64,000 nt of DNA, from NCBI GenBank assembly GCA_963780985.1, contig CAWAEF010000015.1, positions 6,839-70,838 of the forward strand, in the 5' to 3' direction. This stretch comes from an uncultured Alphaproteobacteria bacterium (GTDB lineage: Bacteria > Pseudomonadota > Alphaproteobacteria > JAGOMX01). The notes below the pieces were generated by a model. That model saw only the letters and a program-made list of their open reading frames with translations, was not told the DNA's origin and did not search any database. Position numbers and translations under genes: made by a program. Below are positions 1-8,027 of the stretch, piece after piece (the stretch's first letter is position 1; each line of letters opens with the position of its first letter).

Positions 1-293
1 CCTGGTTCTTGGCTCATAAGCAGAGTCAGACGCCTGCAGGATCTTATCTTCTGCCAATAATGGATGGATGGGATCGGCAAGTTGCCCCTTATGGAATATT
101 CTATCACTGGTGGGAGCATGGCAATCAACATTACGGATATTCTATATGGGCTTGGCCCGGCGACCCGTCTAAAAATACTTTGTGGGATGTCTACACAAAG
201 AATTGTGTTTTGCCAGCTGTATGGATAGATGCGGGGTGCCCCGGCTGGGAGCATCATTCAGCGTTTTCATGTTTCGTTTGTGAACTAAAATAA
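1..293 (+). CDS. C-terminal fragment of a Trp/His-rich hypothetical protein, open to the window edge
   Basis: The frame is open from nt 3 to the stop at 291-293. Track ORF 9..293 starts at an internal TTG. No family recognised. Confidence 0.35.
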   Translation, partial: WFLAHKQSQTPAGSYLLPIMDGWDRQVAPYGIFYHWWEHGNQHYGYSIWAWPGDPSKNTLWDVYTKNCVLPAVWIDAGCPGWEHHSAFSCFVCELK

Positions 294-490
294 GAATTAT
301 TGACAAGAAACCGAGGTAACTACCTCGGCGACGGGCATCCAACATGTATAGATCCGTGGGCAGAAGAACTTGAACGTATTGTTTAAAATCCTTTAAAGTC
401 GACAAGCCTAACTTTAGCCAGGGCGCCCATTTTTGGATTCTGCGAGGCTTCATGTCCTGGGATCTTTATCTGGTGGGGTTTGTGAGGGCT

Positions 491-527
491 TTCTGAAATT
501 TCGGAGTCAGACTCCGAAATTTCAGAA
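491..527. repeat. Perfect palindrome with 18-nt arms (TTCTGAAATTTCGGAGTC a GACTCCGAAATTTCAGAA)
   Basis: Read directly. The centre carries GAGTC (504-508) and GACTC (510-514). No U-tract on either strand. Confidence 0.9.
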
Positions 528-658
528 AAGTCTTGAGACCGGCTGTTAATAAGGCTTAATCAGGGTTAGTAGATGCGTCGGTGCTATATTTATACAGGTT
601 GCATTCAGTTGAGGAGGGTTGTAACAAATATGAATGAGTACAAATCTGATAACGTTTC

Positions 659-687
659 TTGACATATTTTGTGGTCATCTTTATAAC
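659..687 (+). promoter_or_regulatory. Candidate sigma70-type promoter TTGACA-N17-TATAAC
   Basis: TTGACA at 659-664, a 17-nt spacer, TATAAC at 682-687. It lies about 54 nt upstream of ATG 741. Confidence 0.4.
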
Positions 688-740
688 GCAACAGGACATG
701 CCCTCGGTAAGGGTGTGTGTTTATATACAGGAGTTTTAGC

Positions 741-1463
741 ATGAAAAAGGTATCTATGTCACTTGCTGCGTTCATAACTACTATGAGTGTTTCGGCGTAT
801 GCTTGTGATGAAAAAGTAACAAGTTCTTCAGTGCAGGGAGCTCGAGCTGATTTACCTTCTGCCAATGCTCATCCGATTGAATCGTATGATATTAATATAG
901 CCGGTTTGGATAAAAAAGTGCTTTTTGCTTCCTTATTTGATGGAGCTCATGAAGTAGGGCGCGGCATTGGTATGGGTGCGGATGCTCACAAAGAGATTAC
1001 ACCGGGCGAATGGCGCGATGTTCTTGGAGCAAATTACATAATTGAATATCTTCGTGGAAGATCAATGCATGTAAATCTTAGTGGCGAGATCTTTAACTCA
1101 TTTCTTTATGACAGAGATAACGGTCCTGGAAAGGCTCAGGCTATTATAGCAACTCTTAATTCAATGAAGCTCGATATCGTTGATCTCGATATCGCTGGTT
1201 TAGAAAAGCGAATGCTATTAAATTGTTTGTTTGCCGGAGCAAAAATGTTAAATCCTGAAACGGCAGGAGGAAATTGTCTTACATTAGAAGAGTGGGAAAA
1301 TTTCGTTGCAAAAGGGCATAAGCAAGATGTTATTCGTGGGCTGCCAATGTATGTAGACCTGAATGGGGACACTTTAAATGCATCCTTATATAACAAGGCA
1401 AATGGTAATGAAAGGGCTCAAGATATTGTAGCAACCATACGTAAGTTGTTGCGTAAAAAGTAA
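741..1463 (+). CDS. Secreted protein with two tandem copies of a ~90-aa domain of unknown function
   Basis: AGGAG at 729-733 precedes ATG 741. Signal peptide MKKVSMSLAAFITTMSVSAYA. Internal duplication (IAGLDKK..YDRDNGPGKAQAIIATL vs IAGLEKR..YNKANGNERAQDIVATI). Confidence 0.7.
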   Translation: MKKVSMSLAAFITTMSVSAYACDEKVTSSSVQGARADLPSANAHPIESYDINIAGLDKKVLFASLFDGAHEVGRGIGMGADAHKEITPGEWRDVLGANYIIEYLRGRSMHVNLSGEIFNSFLYDRDNGPGKAQAIIATLNSMKLDIVDLDIAGLEKRMLLNCLFAGAKMLNPETAGGNCLTLEEWENFVAKGHKQDVIRGLPMYVDLNGDTLNASLYNKANGNERAQDIVATIRKLLRKK

Positions 1464-1521
1464 TAGGCTCAAATCTTGTTGATGCAGGAACTAACTGAGC
1501 ATCTACTGAACGATGAAATGA

Positions 1522-3723
1522 TTATGCCTTCTGCACAAAACTCGCCAGCACAATCTTAGACCCGGCGCGGTCGAAACTGATGTAGAGTTTGTCGCCGTCG
1601 ACGTTGGTAATGGTGCCGTTGCCGAATTTTTGGTGGAAGATTCGGTCTTTAGTTTTGAAGCCGTTGGTTTTTTCTGGGGGGATGTATTCTATGGCGTTTT
1701 CGTACATGTCGTAGTCTTGGGACACATGTTGTGATTTTGTGATCTGGTGGCCTTGGTGCAGGCCTGGTTGGCGGATAAATTCTGCGTGTTCTTGTGAGAG
1801 TTCTTCCAGAAAGCGCGAGGGTGCGGATCTTTGCCATTGGCCGTGGATGCGGCGGTTGGCGGCGTAGGTGATGATGGCGCGGAGCTTTGCTCGGGTGATG
1901 CCTACGTAGGCTAGGCGTCTTTCTTCCTCGAGGCCCCTGATGCCGGATTCTTTTATGGAACGGGGATGGGGGAAGAGTCCTTCTTCCCAGCCGGCTAGGA
2001 ATACTGTGTCGAACTCGAGGCCTTTGGCGCTATGCAGTGTCATGATGCTGACAGCGTCGTGGGTTGCGTCGGTTGCGTTCTCCATGACCAGGCTTACATG
2101 CTCAAGAAACGTCTGGAGGCTGTCATATTCTTCCAAGGCTTGGACGAATTCTTTCAGGTTTTCCAGGCGGCCTGGCGCGTCGGCGGATTTGTCATTTTGC
2201 CACATCTGGGTGTAGCCGGATTCATCTAGGACAATGCGTGCTATATCCGCTGGGATTGTGTCTTTGATTTGATGATGCCAGCGTTCGATGCTGCTTAATA
2301 GGGTCTGTAGGGACCCACGTGCCTTCCCTCGAATCTCATCGGTGTTGACCAGGCGTGTGGCCGCCTCATAGAGGGAGATATTTTGGTGGCGGGAGAGCTG
2401 GTGGATGGTTTGCAGCGATGCGGTGCCAATGCCCCGTTTAGGAGTGTTAATAATTCGCTCGAAGGCCAAGCTGTTGTTGGGCTGGTAGGCTACTCGTAGG
2501 TATGCTAATGCATCCCTGATTTCAAGGCGTTCATAGAAACGGGGGCCGCCGATGACGCGATAGGGGATGGCCATGGTTAGGAAACGATCCTCAAACTCGC
2601 GGGTTTGGAAGCCTGCGCGCACCAATACGGCCATGCTGGAAAGATGATTGTCTTTCCGGTGCAGGGTTTCGATTTCATCAGCTACGACTCGAGCTTCTTC
2701 TTGGCCGTCCCAGAGGCCGCAGACGTTGACCTTTTCGCCGCCTTCGCTGCTGGTCCATAGGGTTTTGCCGAGACGATCTCGGTTATGGGAAATTAGTTCC
2801 GATGCGGCGCCCAAGATGTGGGAGGTGGAGCGATAGTTTTGTTCCAGCCTGATGACTTGTGCGCCGGGGAAATCTCTCTCAAAGCGCAAAATATTGGTCA
2901 CCTCAGCGCCGCGCCAGCCATAGATCGATTGGTCATCATCGCCGACGCAGCAAATGTTTTTCGATTTTTCCGCTAGCAATCGCAGCCACAGATACTGGGC
3001 CACGTTGGTGTCCTGATATTCATCTACCAGGATATAACGGAACTGGTCCTGGTATTGTTTCAAGACATCTTTGTGGGATGTAAACAGATCCACGGTTAGC
3101 ATCATCAGGTCGCCGAAATCCACTGCGTTAAGGGTAGTGAGGCGCTGTTGGTAAAGCTCGTATACTCTTCGCAGGGGTTTGTATACGCCCGAGACATCTG
3201 AGTCGGGTACCTTTTCAGGTTTGAGTCCCTTATCCTTCCAGCGGCTGATGGTTGCTAGGATTGAGCGGGCGGGAAATTTCTTGTCGTCCAGATCTTCCGC
3301 TTCTAATACCTGTTTTACCAGACGCAGTTGGTCGTCGGTATCGAGGATGGTAAAGTCCGGGGTCAGGTGGACGTATTCCGCATGTCGCCTTAGAATTCGC
3401 ACACATAAGGAGTGAAATGTGCCCATCCACATGCCTTCGGCAGGTGTGTCCACCAACTTGGCGACTCGCTTGCGCATTTCTTGGGAGGCTTTATTGGTAA
3501 AGGTAACCGCTAAAATCTGATTGGGCCATGCTTTGTGGCTCGCCAAAATGTGTGCGATGCGTGTGGTCAGAACCCGCGTTTTTCCAGTGCCAGCGCCCGC
3601 AAGAACCAAAACGGGCCCCTCAAGGGTCTCGACTGCTTGGCGTTGAGCAGGGTTTAGATTATCCAGATACATGGGTTCACTATGGGGCTCGTAATTGTGC
3701 GTCAAAAGTTGTTCAAAGGCCAT
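1522..3723 (-). CDS. uvrD: ATP-dependent DNA helicase UvrD/PcrA family
   Basis: 733 aa. Walker A AGAGTGKT, VDEYQDTN, QNYRS, and a typical SF1 C-terminus. Confidence 0.95.
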   Translation of the reverse strand: MAFEQLLTHNYEPHSEPMYLDNLNPAQRQAVETLEGPVLVLAGAGTGKTRVLTTRIAHILASHKAWPNQILAVTFTNKASQEMRKRVAKLVDTPAEGMWMGTFHSLCVRILRRHAEYVHLTPDFTILDTDDQLRLVKQVLEAEDLDDKKFPARSILATISRWKDKGLKPEKVPDSDVSGVYKPLRRVYELYQQRLTTLNAVDFGDLMMLTVDLFTSHKDVLKQYQDQFRYILVDEYQDTNVAQYLWLRLLAEKSKNICCVGDDDQSIYGWRGAEVTNILRFERDFPGAQVIRLEQNYRSTSHILGAASELISHNRDRLGKTLWTSSEGGEKVNVCGLWDGQEEARVVADEIETLHRKDNHLSSMAVLVRAGFQTREFEDRFLTMAIPYRVIGGPRFYERLEIRDALAYLRVAYQPNNSLAFERIINTPKRGIGTASLQTIHQLSRHQNISLYEAATRLVNTDEIRGKARGSLQTLLSSIERWHHQIKDTIPADIARIVLDESGYTQMWQNDKSADAPGRLENLKEFVQALEEYDSLQTFLEHVSLVMENATDATHDAVSIMTLHSAKGLEFDTVFLAGWEEGLFPHPRSIKESGIRGLEEERRLAYVGITRAKLRAIITYAANRRIHGQWQRSAPSRFLEELSQEHAEFIRQPGLHQGHQITKSQHVSQDYDMYENAIEYIPPEKTNGFKTKDRIFHQKFGNGTITNVDGDKLYISFDRAGSKIVLASFVQKA

Positions 3724-3766
3724 ATTTCTGTTATATTACATTATGGATGTTAAATCTCCTTTTTTC

Positions 3767-3985
3767 CAGAGCCAGAGCATGAAAATTAAAAGTGCACAAA
3801 GCTCCAGGCCTGCCTCCCCCTGCGAAAGCAGGGGGCCAGCGCAAAATGCGTCGCATAGCGACTCTGTATTTCTTCGAAGCTGCTACGCAGCGCATTTTAA
3901 GGGCTGGACCCCTGCTTTCGCAGGGGAGGCAAGCTGGGGGCTACTTGTTTAGCTGGATAGACTTCGTTCTCATGCGTAGGCTCTG
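3767..3985. repeat. Palindromic element family A, full-length copy A1
   Basis: Nested inverted repeats: CATGAAAATTAAAAGTGCAC.., CCTGCCTCCCCCTGCGAAAGCAGGGGG.., mirrored as ..CCCCTGCTTTCGCAGGGGAGGCAAGCTGG..TCATGCGTAGGC. It fills the uvrD/eamA divergent gap. Confidence 0.85.
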
Positions 3986-4024
3986 TTCTCTTTTCTCAGG
4001 TCAATCTTGTATGGGTGGTCGCAT

Positions 4025-4927
4025 ATGAACTCAGAAAGCCTCGTGAGCCAAGGATCACGTAACCAAAGTCTGCGTCTTGCGGTTTTGATGATGATGATTT
4101 CTGTTGCAACCTATGCGACCCAGGACGTTTTAGTGAAGCTTTTGCCGCCCGAGATTCCAGTAATTCAAATTTGTTTTTTCAGGGCTGTGTACGCCTTTAT
4201 ACCCATTGTTGGATTTACATTGATTGAAAACCCCAAGACCGTTTTTAAAACCGAGCAGTGGGGCTTGCACTTCTGGCGCTCGCTGTTTTCCTGCCTTGCC
4301 CTTTATTGCTTCATCGCTTCATTTCGTTTAGTGCCTCTGGCTGAGGCCTATACCTTAACCTTTTCGTGTCCTTTGTTTATGACAGCTTTATGTATTCCCA
4401 TGCTAAGAGAAAGAGTTCCTTTCTGGCGTTGGATTGCGGTTATTTCAGGGTTTGCCGGTGTGCTAGTTATGATGCGTCCAGGTTCGGGTATCCTTGAGGT
4501 GGGGGGAATGTTTGCGCTGTCGGGCGGCTTTTTCTATGCGATCTCTCTTATCTTTGTGCGGCAGTTAAGTCATCATCATCAGGATAGTAACACTCTTATT
4601 GTTGGGACTTTTACGGTCATGAGTGCGCTGCTTACCCTGCCCTTTCTTCCTTTTGTGTGGCAGCCCGTGGATGTGGATGTTCTTCCTAGGTTAGTTCTTA
4701 TTGGCGTTTTGGGGGGTACTGCCCAGTATGCGATGACCCAGGCTTTTCGTATGGCGCCGGTGTCTCAGATTGCGCCCTTCGATTATGTTTCTCTGATTTG
4801 GGCGGTTGGCTTTGGCTATTTCATTTTCCACGAGATTCCCGATTTCTACATGATAGCTGGCGCGGTATTGATTATAGGTAGTGGCCTGTTGATTTTGAAA
4901 TCTGAAAAGTTGCAAACAGCCTCATGA
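4025..4927 (+). CDS. EamA/DMT-family transporter
   Basis: About 10 predicted TM segments with the two-EamA-repeat architecture. Start taken at ATG 4025. Confidence 0.8.
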   Translation: MNSESLVSQGSRNQSLRLAVLMMMISVATYATQDVLVKLLPPEIPVIQICFFRAVYAFIPIVGFTLIENPKTVFKTEQWGLHFWRSLFSCLALYCFIASFRLVPLAEAYTLTFSCPLFMTALCIPMLRERVPFWRWIAVISGFAGVLVMMRPGSGILEVGGMFALSGGFFYAISLIFVRQLSHHHQDSNTLIVGTFTVMSALLTLPFLPFVWQPVDVDVLPRLVLIGVLGGTAQYAMTQAFRMAPVSQIAPFDYVSLIWAVGFGYFIFHEIPDFYMIAGAVLIIGSGLLILKSEKLQTAS

Positions 4928-5658
4928 CCAAGATTGATAAGTATTTGGATGGTAAGGTCCTTCTCAAACAACCGGTCAAAGGTTATCGTGCGGGTATTGA
5001 TGCTGTTTTATTAGCAGCCTCTGTTCACCCCGTCAAAAGCCAGCGGGTGTTGGATGTGGGGGCGGGTGTAGGTGCGGTGATGTTGTGCATGTCTTATCAT
5101 CATCCAGAAGCTCAGATAATAGGCCTGGAGATACAGCCAGAGATGGTGGGGCTGAATCAATTCAATATCGCTCTCAACCACAAAGAAAGTAACGTGCAAG
5201 TCTTGCAGGGCAGTATTTTTAAGCCTCCCGTGGAATTGGAGCCTAATAGTTTTGATCATGTGGTGACCAACCCGCCTTACTTTGATTTTGGGGAAAAGGC
5301 GTTAAACGAGGATAAGGCTAAATCGTTATCTCGTCATGTGGCGGGGGCTGATCTCGAGTCTTGGCTTGATGCGTCCATGCGGATGGTAAAGCCTCGGGGC
5401 TATTTGTCGTTGGTGCATCGGGCTGATCAGCTGGACGAGGTGTTGAGGATACTCAAGAAAAAAGCTGGTGGGATAAAAATATACCCCCTTTGGCCGGGTC
5501 AAGGGCAGGCGGCGAAGTTGGTTATTGTACAGGCCCGCAAAGGGGTGAAGACCGAATGTCAGCTGCTGTCAGGAATGGTTTTGCATCTGGAAGACAAGAG
5601 ATATACACCCGAGGCCGATGGGATCTTTCGGGGGCTCGGATGCGTTAGTTTAGCTTAG
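4924..5658 (+). CDS. SAM-dependent N6-adenine methyltransferase, tRNA1(Val) m6A37 (TrmN6/YfiC)-like
   Basis: VLDVGAGVGAV SAM motif and NPPYF catalytic motif. ATGA overlap with the upstream gene. Confidence 0.75.
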   Translation: MTKIDKYLDGKVLLKQPVKGYRAGIDAVLLAASVHPVKSQRVLDVGAGVGAVMLCMSYHHPEAQIIGLEIQPEMVGLNQFNIALNHKESNVQVLQGSIFKPPVELEPNSFDHVVTNPPYFDFGEKALNEDKAKSLSRHVAGADLESWLDASMRMVKPRGYLSLVHRADQLDEVLRILKKKAGGIKIYPLWPGQGQAAKLVIVQARKGVKTECQLLSGMVLHLEDKRYTPEADGIFRGLGCVSLA

Positions 5659-5670
5659 ACCCACGGGTGG

Positions 5671-6624
5671 TTAACCATAGTTACCAACCAACGCTCGTGA
5701 ATTTAAATTCAACCCTTCTTTCACTTCCAATACGCCGTTGCAATTTTTCATGTCGATGCCATTTAGGTCTAAACTTTGGATGCCCATATTCTGCAGTCTT
5801 TCGACAGATTTCCAAAGCAGAAGGTGGTTAGCATTCTTTTCCATGCCTTCGGCAGAAGTCCACGTTAGATAATAGGTTGCGGACATGCCATGGCTTAGAA
5901 CAAGTGCGCCCGCGAGGAATGGTTCAATGACCATAACTTTTGCAACGAACATGGGTTTTTGATTGTTGAACAAGAAAGAACGGATAAAGTCTGCGGATGG
6001 TCCATCAAATCCATATTCCTTCATGGATTCGGTATATTTCTCTAATATCCATTCCATGGAGACAAAGTCATCGCCAAAATAGACTCTGAGATCCCTTTTC
6101 TCAGCTGCGGCAAGTGCTTCGAGCCATTCCGGATTAATACTTTCCTTGAGATGTTCCAGGTCTTGTGTCAGATCCAAATAATTGGTTGTTTGGCCTTGTT
6201 TAAGAAGGTTAAATCCTAAATCTTTCATCATCTGGCGGTTTTTGGGAGAATCTTCTATCTCGGGTAGGATCTGGAGGGAGCAGCCTATACTTCTTTCAAA
6301 AAAGGCCTTGATAAGTCTTAAGGCCTGGGCTTTTTCTTCATCCGTCGCAGGAGATCGAGTTTCGATCCATTGAGGCCCCCGGATTATTTGAGTTTTAGTG
6401 ATGGCGCCTAAAAAACTCTTCTTCTGAAATGCTTGAACAATTCCGATAGGCTTTACGGATCGATATATAACGCCACGCCTGGGAATCATGTCTGTATGCT
6501 TATAGACGGCTTCACCATAGCCCCAGGTATGTAAGTAGCAGCTATTGGGAACCAAGGACAGTAAACCTGTCCAGCGGTCCTTGGATGTCTCATCCCAAAT
6601 AATATATATCGCTTCGTTATTCAT
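5671..6624 (-). CDS. FemAB-like / GNAT-fold aminoacyl- or acyl-transferase family protein
   Basis: 317 aa. The C-terminal half (ATYYLTWTSAEG..NHLLLWKSVERLQNMGIQSLDLNGI) resembles the FemAB/acetyltransf_6 pattern. Assigned from memory of the family. Confidence 0.5.
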   Translation of the reverse strand: MNNEAIYIIWDETSKDRWTGLLSLVPNSCYLHTWGYGEAVYKHTDMIPRRGVIYRSVKPIGIVQAFQKKSFLGAITKTQIIRGPQWIETRSPATDEEKAQALRLIKAFFERSIGCSLQILPEIEDSPKNRQMMKDLGFNLLKQGQTTNYLDLTQDLEHLKESINPEWLEALAAAEKRDLRVYFGDDFVSMEWILEKYTESMKEYGFDGPSADFIRSFLFNNQKPMFVAKVMVIEPFLAGALVLSHGMSATYYLTWTSAEGMEKNANHLLLWKSVERLQNMGIQSLDLNGIDMKNCNGVLEVKEGLNLNSRALVGNYG

Positions 6625-6708
6625 AATCCACCCTCACTCAATAATAAGTATGGACGATAAAGATTGATGAATCGTTTATGGTTAGTAATGTTTCTATTAG
6701 GAAATTTG

Positions 6709-6855
6709 TTACTGCTCTTCCGGTTTTGGATACTTCCGGGGATAGGTGTTTTCTTCATCTTTTGGTGGAAAAGGGCCGCCTCGTTTACCGCAAGCGGATA
6801 GGCCTAGGCCGCAGATGACTAAAATGAGGCAAGTGACTATAAATTTTTCTTTCAT
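6709..6855 (-). CDS. Small lipoprotein (48 aa), LptM/YifL-like; not in the ORF track
   Basis: Hand translation gives MKEKFIVTCLILVICGLGLSACGKRGGPFPPKDEENTYPRKYPKPEEQ*. Lipobox LSAC is followed by G-K-R-G-G-P. Confidence 0.55.
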   Translation of the reverse strand: MKEKFIVTCLILVICGLGLSACGKRGGPFPPKDEENTYPRKYPKPEEQ

Positions 6856-6974
6856 TTGGCGGAAATCTCTTTAAATTATTTATTAGTAACTGAGTGATAG
6901 TATGCGAAGCATAATGCAAAATGCAATTGCTAGTTTCAGTGGTAGTCAGTAAAGTGTGAATTCGTAACATAGCT

Positions 6975-7058
6975 GTAACAACTCACAGGCACGTCATCTG
7001 CGTGCGAAGGCCGATGCCCGGCTTTCGCAAGTAGCTAGCGCAATGCCTGAGTTGTTAC
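6975..7058 (+). repeat. Palindromic element family B, copy B1 (short form, variant centre)
   Basis: GTAACAACTCACAGGCACGTCATCTGCGTGCGAAGG...CTTTCGCAAGTAGCTAGCGCAATGCCTGAGTTGTTAC. It ends 21 nt before the trxB ATG. Confidence 0.9.
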
Positions 7059-7079
7059 GAACATTATGGTGGATTAAAT

Positions 7080-8027
7080 ATGACGCAAACAATCAAAGCT
7101 AAGGTACTTATTATCGGATCGGGTCCAGCAGGTTACACTGCGGCCATTTATGCGGCCAGAGCAAATCTGCAGCCGATTATTGTTCAAGGCATGGAGCCCG
7201 GTGGTCAGCTTATGACGACGACGGATGTGGAAAACTACCCTGGGTTCAGTCAGATTATCCAGGGCCCCTTCCTCATGGAAGAAATGAAGACCCAGGCGGA
7301 AAGCGTGGGCACGAAAATCCTGTTTGATATGATTACAAAAGTGGACTTTAGCAAGAAGCCTTTTACTTGTCATGGCCAGGACGGGGATATTTACGAAGCA
7401 GAAGCGGTTATTATTGCAACGGGTGCGCAAGCCATCTGGTTGGGAAATGAAAGCGAGCAGAAGTTCCGGGGCTTTGGTGTTTCCGGTTGTGCGACTTGCG
7501 ATGGATTTTTCTTCCGTGGGAAAGAAGTGATGGTCATCGGAGGCGGTGATACGGCCGGGGAAGATGCTTTATACATGACCCATTTCGCGACCAAAGTTTA
7601 CCTGGTTCATCGCCGCGATCAACTGCGGGCGGAAAAGATACTGCAAGACCGTTTGTTCGCAAACCCTAAGATTGAGATTATATGGGATTCGGTTCTGAAT
7701 GAAGTTATTGGAACAGAAAATCCCAAAGCAGTCACCGGTGTGCGTATTGAAAATGTCAAAACTAAAGAAACGCGGGAGATCGCCGTGGACGGTGTATTTA
7801 TCGCCATTGGTCACAAGCCAGCGACGGAAGTGTTTCAAGGCATTATCGATACCGATGAGGCCGGCTATATTAAATGTGCGCCAGGGTCGGTTAAGACAAA
7901 TATACCTGGTGTGTTTGCGGCTGGTGATGTGCAGGATAAAGTATACCGCCAGGCGATTACCGCGGCCGGTCAGGGCTGTATGGCAGCGCTTGATGTGGAG
8001 AAATATCTGGCAGAAGAGGGATCATGA
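7080..8027 (+). CDS. trxB: Thioredoxin-disulfide reductase
   Basis: GSGPAG FAD motif, CATCDG redox centre, GGGDTA NADPH motif. Confidence 0.95.
   Translation: MTQTIKAKVLIIGSGPAGYTAAIYAARANLQPIIVQGMEPGGQLMTTTDVENYPGFSQIIQGPFLMEEMKTQAESVGTKILFDMITKVDFSKKPFTCHGQDGDIYEAEAVIIATGAQAIWLGNESEQKFRGFGVSGCATCDGFFFRGKEVMVIGGGDTAGEDALYMTHFATKVYLVHRRDQLRAEKILQDRLFANPKIEIIWDSVLNEVIGTENPKAVTGVRIENVKTKETREIAVDGVFIAIGHKPATEVFQGIIDTDEAGYIKCAPGSVKTNIPGVFAAGDVQDKVYRQAITAAGQGCMAALDVEKYLAEEGS

Noticed and set aside
169-453. 94-aa minus-strand ORF and the hairpin CCGAGGtaactaCCTCGG (311-328).
   Set aside because: The ORF overlaps the plus-strand partial CDS and contains the hairpin internally. The hairpin lacks a convincing U-tract on the plus strand, so I did not call it as a terminator.
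1649-3430. Numerous 60-90 aa ORFs on both strands within uvrD. Similar antisense ORFs lie within trxB, der, dnaX, uvrB, phaC, lysC and others.
   Set aside because: They are nested in or antisense to long, well-conserved genes. They have no RBS or family resemblance and are typical shadow ORFs.
3792-4028. Track ORFs 3695..3952, 3792..4028 and 8983..9198 encode similar peptides (..AATQRILRAGP.. / ..AATQHILRAGP..).
   Set aside because: They lie entirely inside palindromic family A copies. The similarity reflects repeat DNA, not a protein family. They have no RBS and overlap hairpin arms.
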